From an uncultured Candidatus Saccharibacteria bacterium (GTDB taxonomy: Bacteria; Patescibacteriota; Minisyncoccia; Phycocordibacterales; SBAW01): a stretch of DNA of 64,000 nucleotides. The stretch is from assembly GCA_964615415.1 (NCBI GenBank), contig CAZTNI010000001.1, forward strand, positions 176,746 through 240,745, in the 5' to 3' direction. The number at the start of each line of letters is the position of its first letter. Within the stretch, counting starts at the first letter, position 1. Both the position numbers and the translations under genes were made by a program. Of the stretch, positions 59,698 through 64,000 are shown in pieces. The notes under the pieces are model-generated. The model ran no database searches and was not told where the DNA came from. It was given only the letters and a program-made list of their open reading frames with translations.

Positions 59698-60276
59698 AAA
59701 ATCACATAGGGGATTTACACTCATTGAAACACTTGTTGCGGTGTTGTTGCTTGCGACAGCTGTAGCGGGGCCACTGACGATCGCGTCTGCAGGGCTTTCT
59801 GCGGCGCTCGTGGCAAAGGACCAGATAGTGGCGACATATTTAGCGCAAGATGCGATCGAATACATACGCTACAAGCGTGATAGTGCGTGCCTGGCTGCGG
59901 GAGGAACAGCGTGTGCTTCTGGTACCTGGCTCTCAACGCTCTCTGCTTGTACAGGTGCGACAGGGTGTTACCTGGATTCAACTGAAAATGCTCCTGCATC
60001 ACCTACTGTGTGTCCCACAGGAGGATGTGTAAAATCAGGGTCTCAGTTCAGTACAAGTCGCTTTCTCTGTTATAGTCCGACCACTAACCGTTACCTCAAT
60101 GGTCCTACTCCTACAACGTGCTCCTCGGGCACGGTTAAGTCGCTCTTTGCTCGTGCGGTCGCTATTACGACGCCAGTATCAGGGAGTGCGAACGAGGCGC
60201 TTGTTGTGGTCACGGTATCGTGGACGGATGTAGGTGGTGTTATTCGTAGTGTAACCGCGAAAGAATCTCTTCTTAA

Positions 60277-60286
<10 letters not shown>
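59687..60286 (+). CDS. minor pilin / pseudopilin
   Basis: MTYKKSHRGFTLIETLVAVLLLATAV. Confidence 0.8.
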
Positions 60287-62837
<2,551 letters not shown>

Positions 62838-62846
62838 GATGGCTCT

Positions 62847-63143
62847 ATGATCTCGAAAGAAGAGGTGCAAAACCTGGCCCAACTTGCACGGTTAGGACTG
62901 AATGACGCTGAAACCGAGGCTCTGCAGAAAGATATATCCAAAATCCTCGACTATGTGGGGCAGGTTGCTGCTGCAGGAGAAGCGACGTACATTCGCCCCG
63001 AGCATCGTAACGCGCTGCGTACCGACACTCCTCGTACGGGCGGCGACCTTATGGCAGAGAAGCGCGATGCTATCCTTGCACAGCTTCCAAAGCGCGAAGG
63101 CGACTATAACGTAGTGCGCAAGATAATCCAAAAAGATGAGTAA
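62847..63143 (+). CDS. gatC: Asp-tRNA(Asn)/Glu-tRNA(Gln) amidotransferase subunit C
   Basis: MISKEEVQNLAQLARLGLNDAETEALQKDISKILDYV. Confidence 0.9.
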   Translation: MISKEEVQNLAQLARLGLNDAETEALQKDISKILDYVGQVAAAGEATYIRPEHRNALRTDTPRTGGDLMAEKRDAILAQLPKREGDYNVVRKIIQKDE

Positions 63144-64000
63144 CGAGGAATTGGCACAACTTTCTATAACAGAGGCATCCAAGAAACTCGCAGCAAAAGA
63201 AATTACTGCGGTCGATTTGGTGCGCGCCATTAAAGCAGAGATAGAAAAAAAAGAGGGCGACATCCATGCCTACTTGGAAGTGTTTGTTGATATGGAGAAG
63301 CAAGCAGAAGAGGCTGATAAACGTCGAGCTGCAGGAGAGAATCATCCGCTCCTTGGTATTCCGCTTGCAATGAAGGATAATATTTTAATTGAAGGGCGTG
63401 TTGCGTCTGCAGCGTCAAAGATGCTCGAGCAGTATGTTGCAACGTATGACGCAACGGTCACAAAAAAACTAAAAGACGCAGGGGCTGTATTTGTTGGTCG
63501 TACCAACATGGACGAGTTTGCACACGGAAGTTCTACAGAAAATTCTGCATTTGGTATTACAAAAAATCCTCATGACCTTTCGCGAGTGCCGGGTGGATCG
63601 TCCGGAGGGTCGGCAGCGGCAGTTGCGGCTCATATGGCACTTGGGGCGCTGGGAACAGACACCGGTGGGTCTATTCGCGAGCCTGCAAGCTTCTGCGGTT
63701 TGGTGGGACTAAAGCCGACGTACGGCGCAGTGTCGCGTTCAGGTCTTATTGCTATGGGGTCGTCGCTTGACCAGGCAGGACCGCTGACACGCTCTGTCGA
63801 GGATGCGGAAATTATTTTTAATGCAATTAAAGGAAAAGATACTCTTGATAGTACAACAATCGATCTAACTCCTGCTCCTGCTGTTCCAACAAAAATGAAA
63901 ATTGGTGTGCCGCGTTCTCTCCTGGCGCAAGGTGTAGACAAGGACGTACTTGAAGCTTTCGAACACACTCTCAGTCAGTTGCAAACAGAAGGGCATGAAG
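63136..64000 (+). CDS. gatA: Asp-tRNA(Asn)/Glu-tRNA(Gln) amidotransferase subunit A (3' end lies outside the window)
   Basis: Amidase signature GGSSGGSAAAVAA ... GTDTGGSIREPA. Overlaps the gatC stop. Runs off the window end. Confidence 0.9.
   Translation, partial: MSNEELAQLSITEASKKLAAKEITAVDLVRAIKAEIEKKEGDIHAYLEVFVDMEKQAEEADKRRAAGENHPLLGIPLAMKDNILIEGRVASAASKMLEQYVATYDATVTKKLKDAGAVFVGRTNMDEFAHGSSTENSAFGITKNPHDLSRVPGGSSGGSAAAVAAHMALGALGTDTGGSIREPASFCGLVGLKPTYGAVSRSGLIAMGSSLDQAGPLTRSVEDAEIIFNAIKGKDTLDSTTIDLTPAPAVPTKMKIGVPRSLLAQGVDKDVLEAFEHTLSQLQTEGHE

Overview
64-kb window, about 48-50% GC overall with several sharply GC-richer patches (about 60-65%). Gene content suggests a small, streamlined bacterial genome, possibly CPR/Patescibacteria-like (for example Saccharibacteria); this is inference only. 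Housekeeping genes: map (5' truncated), ndk, a beta-CASP ribonuclease, infC-rpmI-rplT, smpB plus a tmRNA (ssrA) recognised by hand on the minus strand, ftsH, recG, malic enzyme, an ECF sigma factor with a putative anti-sigma partner, ligA, gatC and gatA (3' truncated). Accessory content: (1) two paralogous giant secreted LCAT-like alpha/beta-hydrolases (GHSMGG/GHGMGG serine motif) bracketing a DUF1905 / cytochrome b5 / membrane protein / MOSC cluster; (2) an EcoRII-like type IIE restriction enzyme plus C5-cytosine methyltransferase (with an N-terminal RHH-like extension) plus Vsr cassette, lying directly beside tRNA-Ser(GCU) with a possible degenerate att-like repeat at the far end; (3) a complete type IV pilus locus (pilM-N-O, pilB, pilT, pilC, major pilin, second pilin, pilD, four minor pilins) with a divergent ComF-like gene; (4) a family of three roughly 75-90-nt palindromic elements with an identical 14-nt core and copy-specific complementary outer stems, one of them translated in frame inside recG; (5) three tRNAs: tRNA-Ile with anticodon UAU, tRNA-Ser(GCU), and a Ser-like type II tRNA with an odd ACU anticodon loop. 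Many genes appear to be leaderless or short-leader transcripts driven by an extended -10 box of the form TG(C/G)TA(T/C)ACT. No rRNA and no CRISPR array were seen. Product calls rest on motif recognition by eye, not on database searches.
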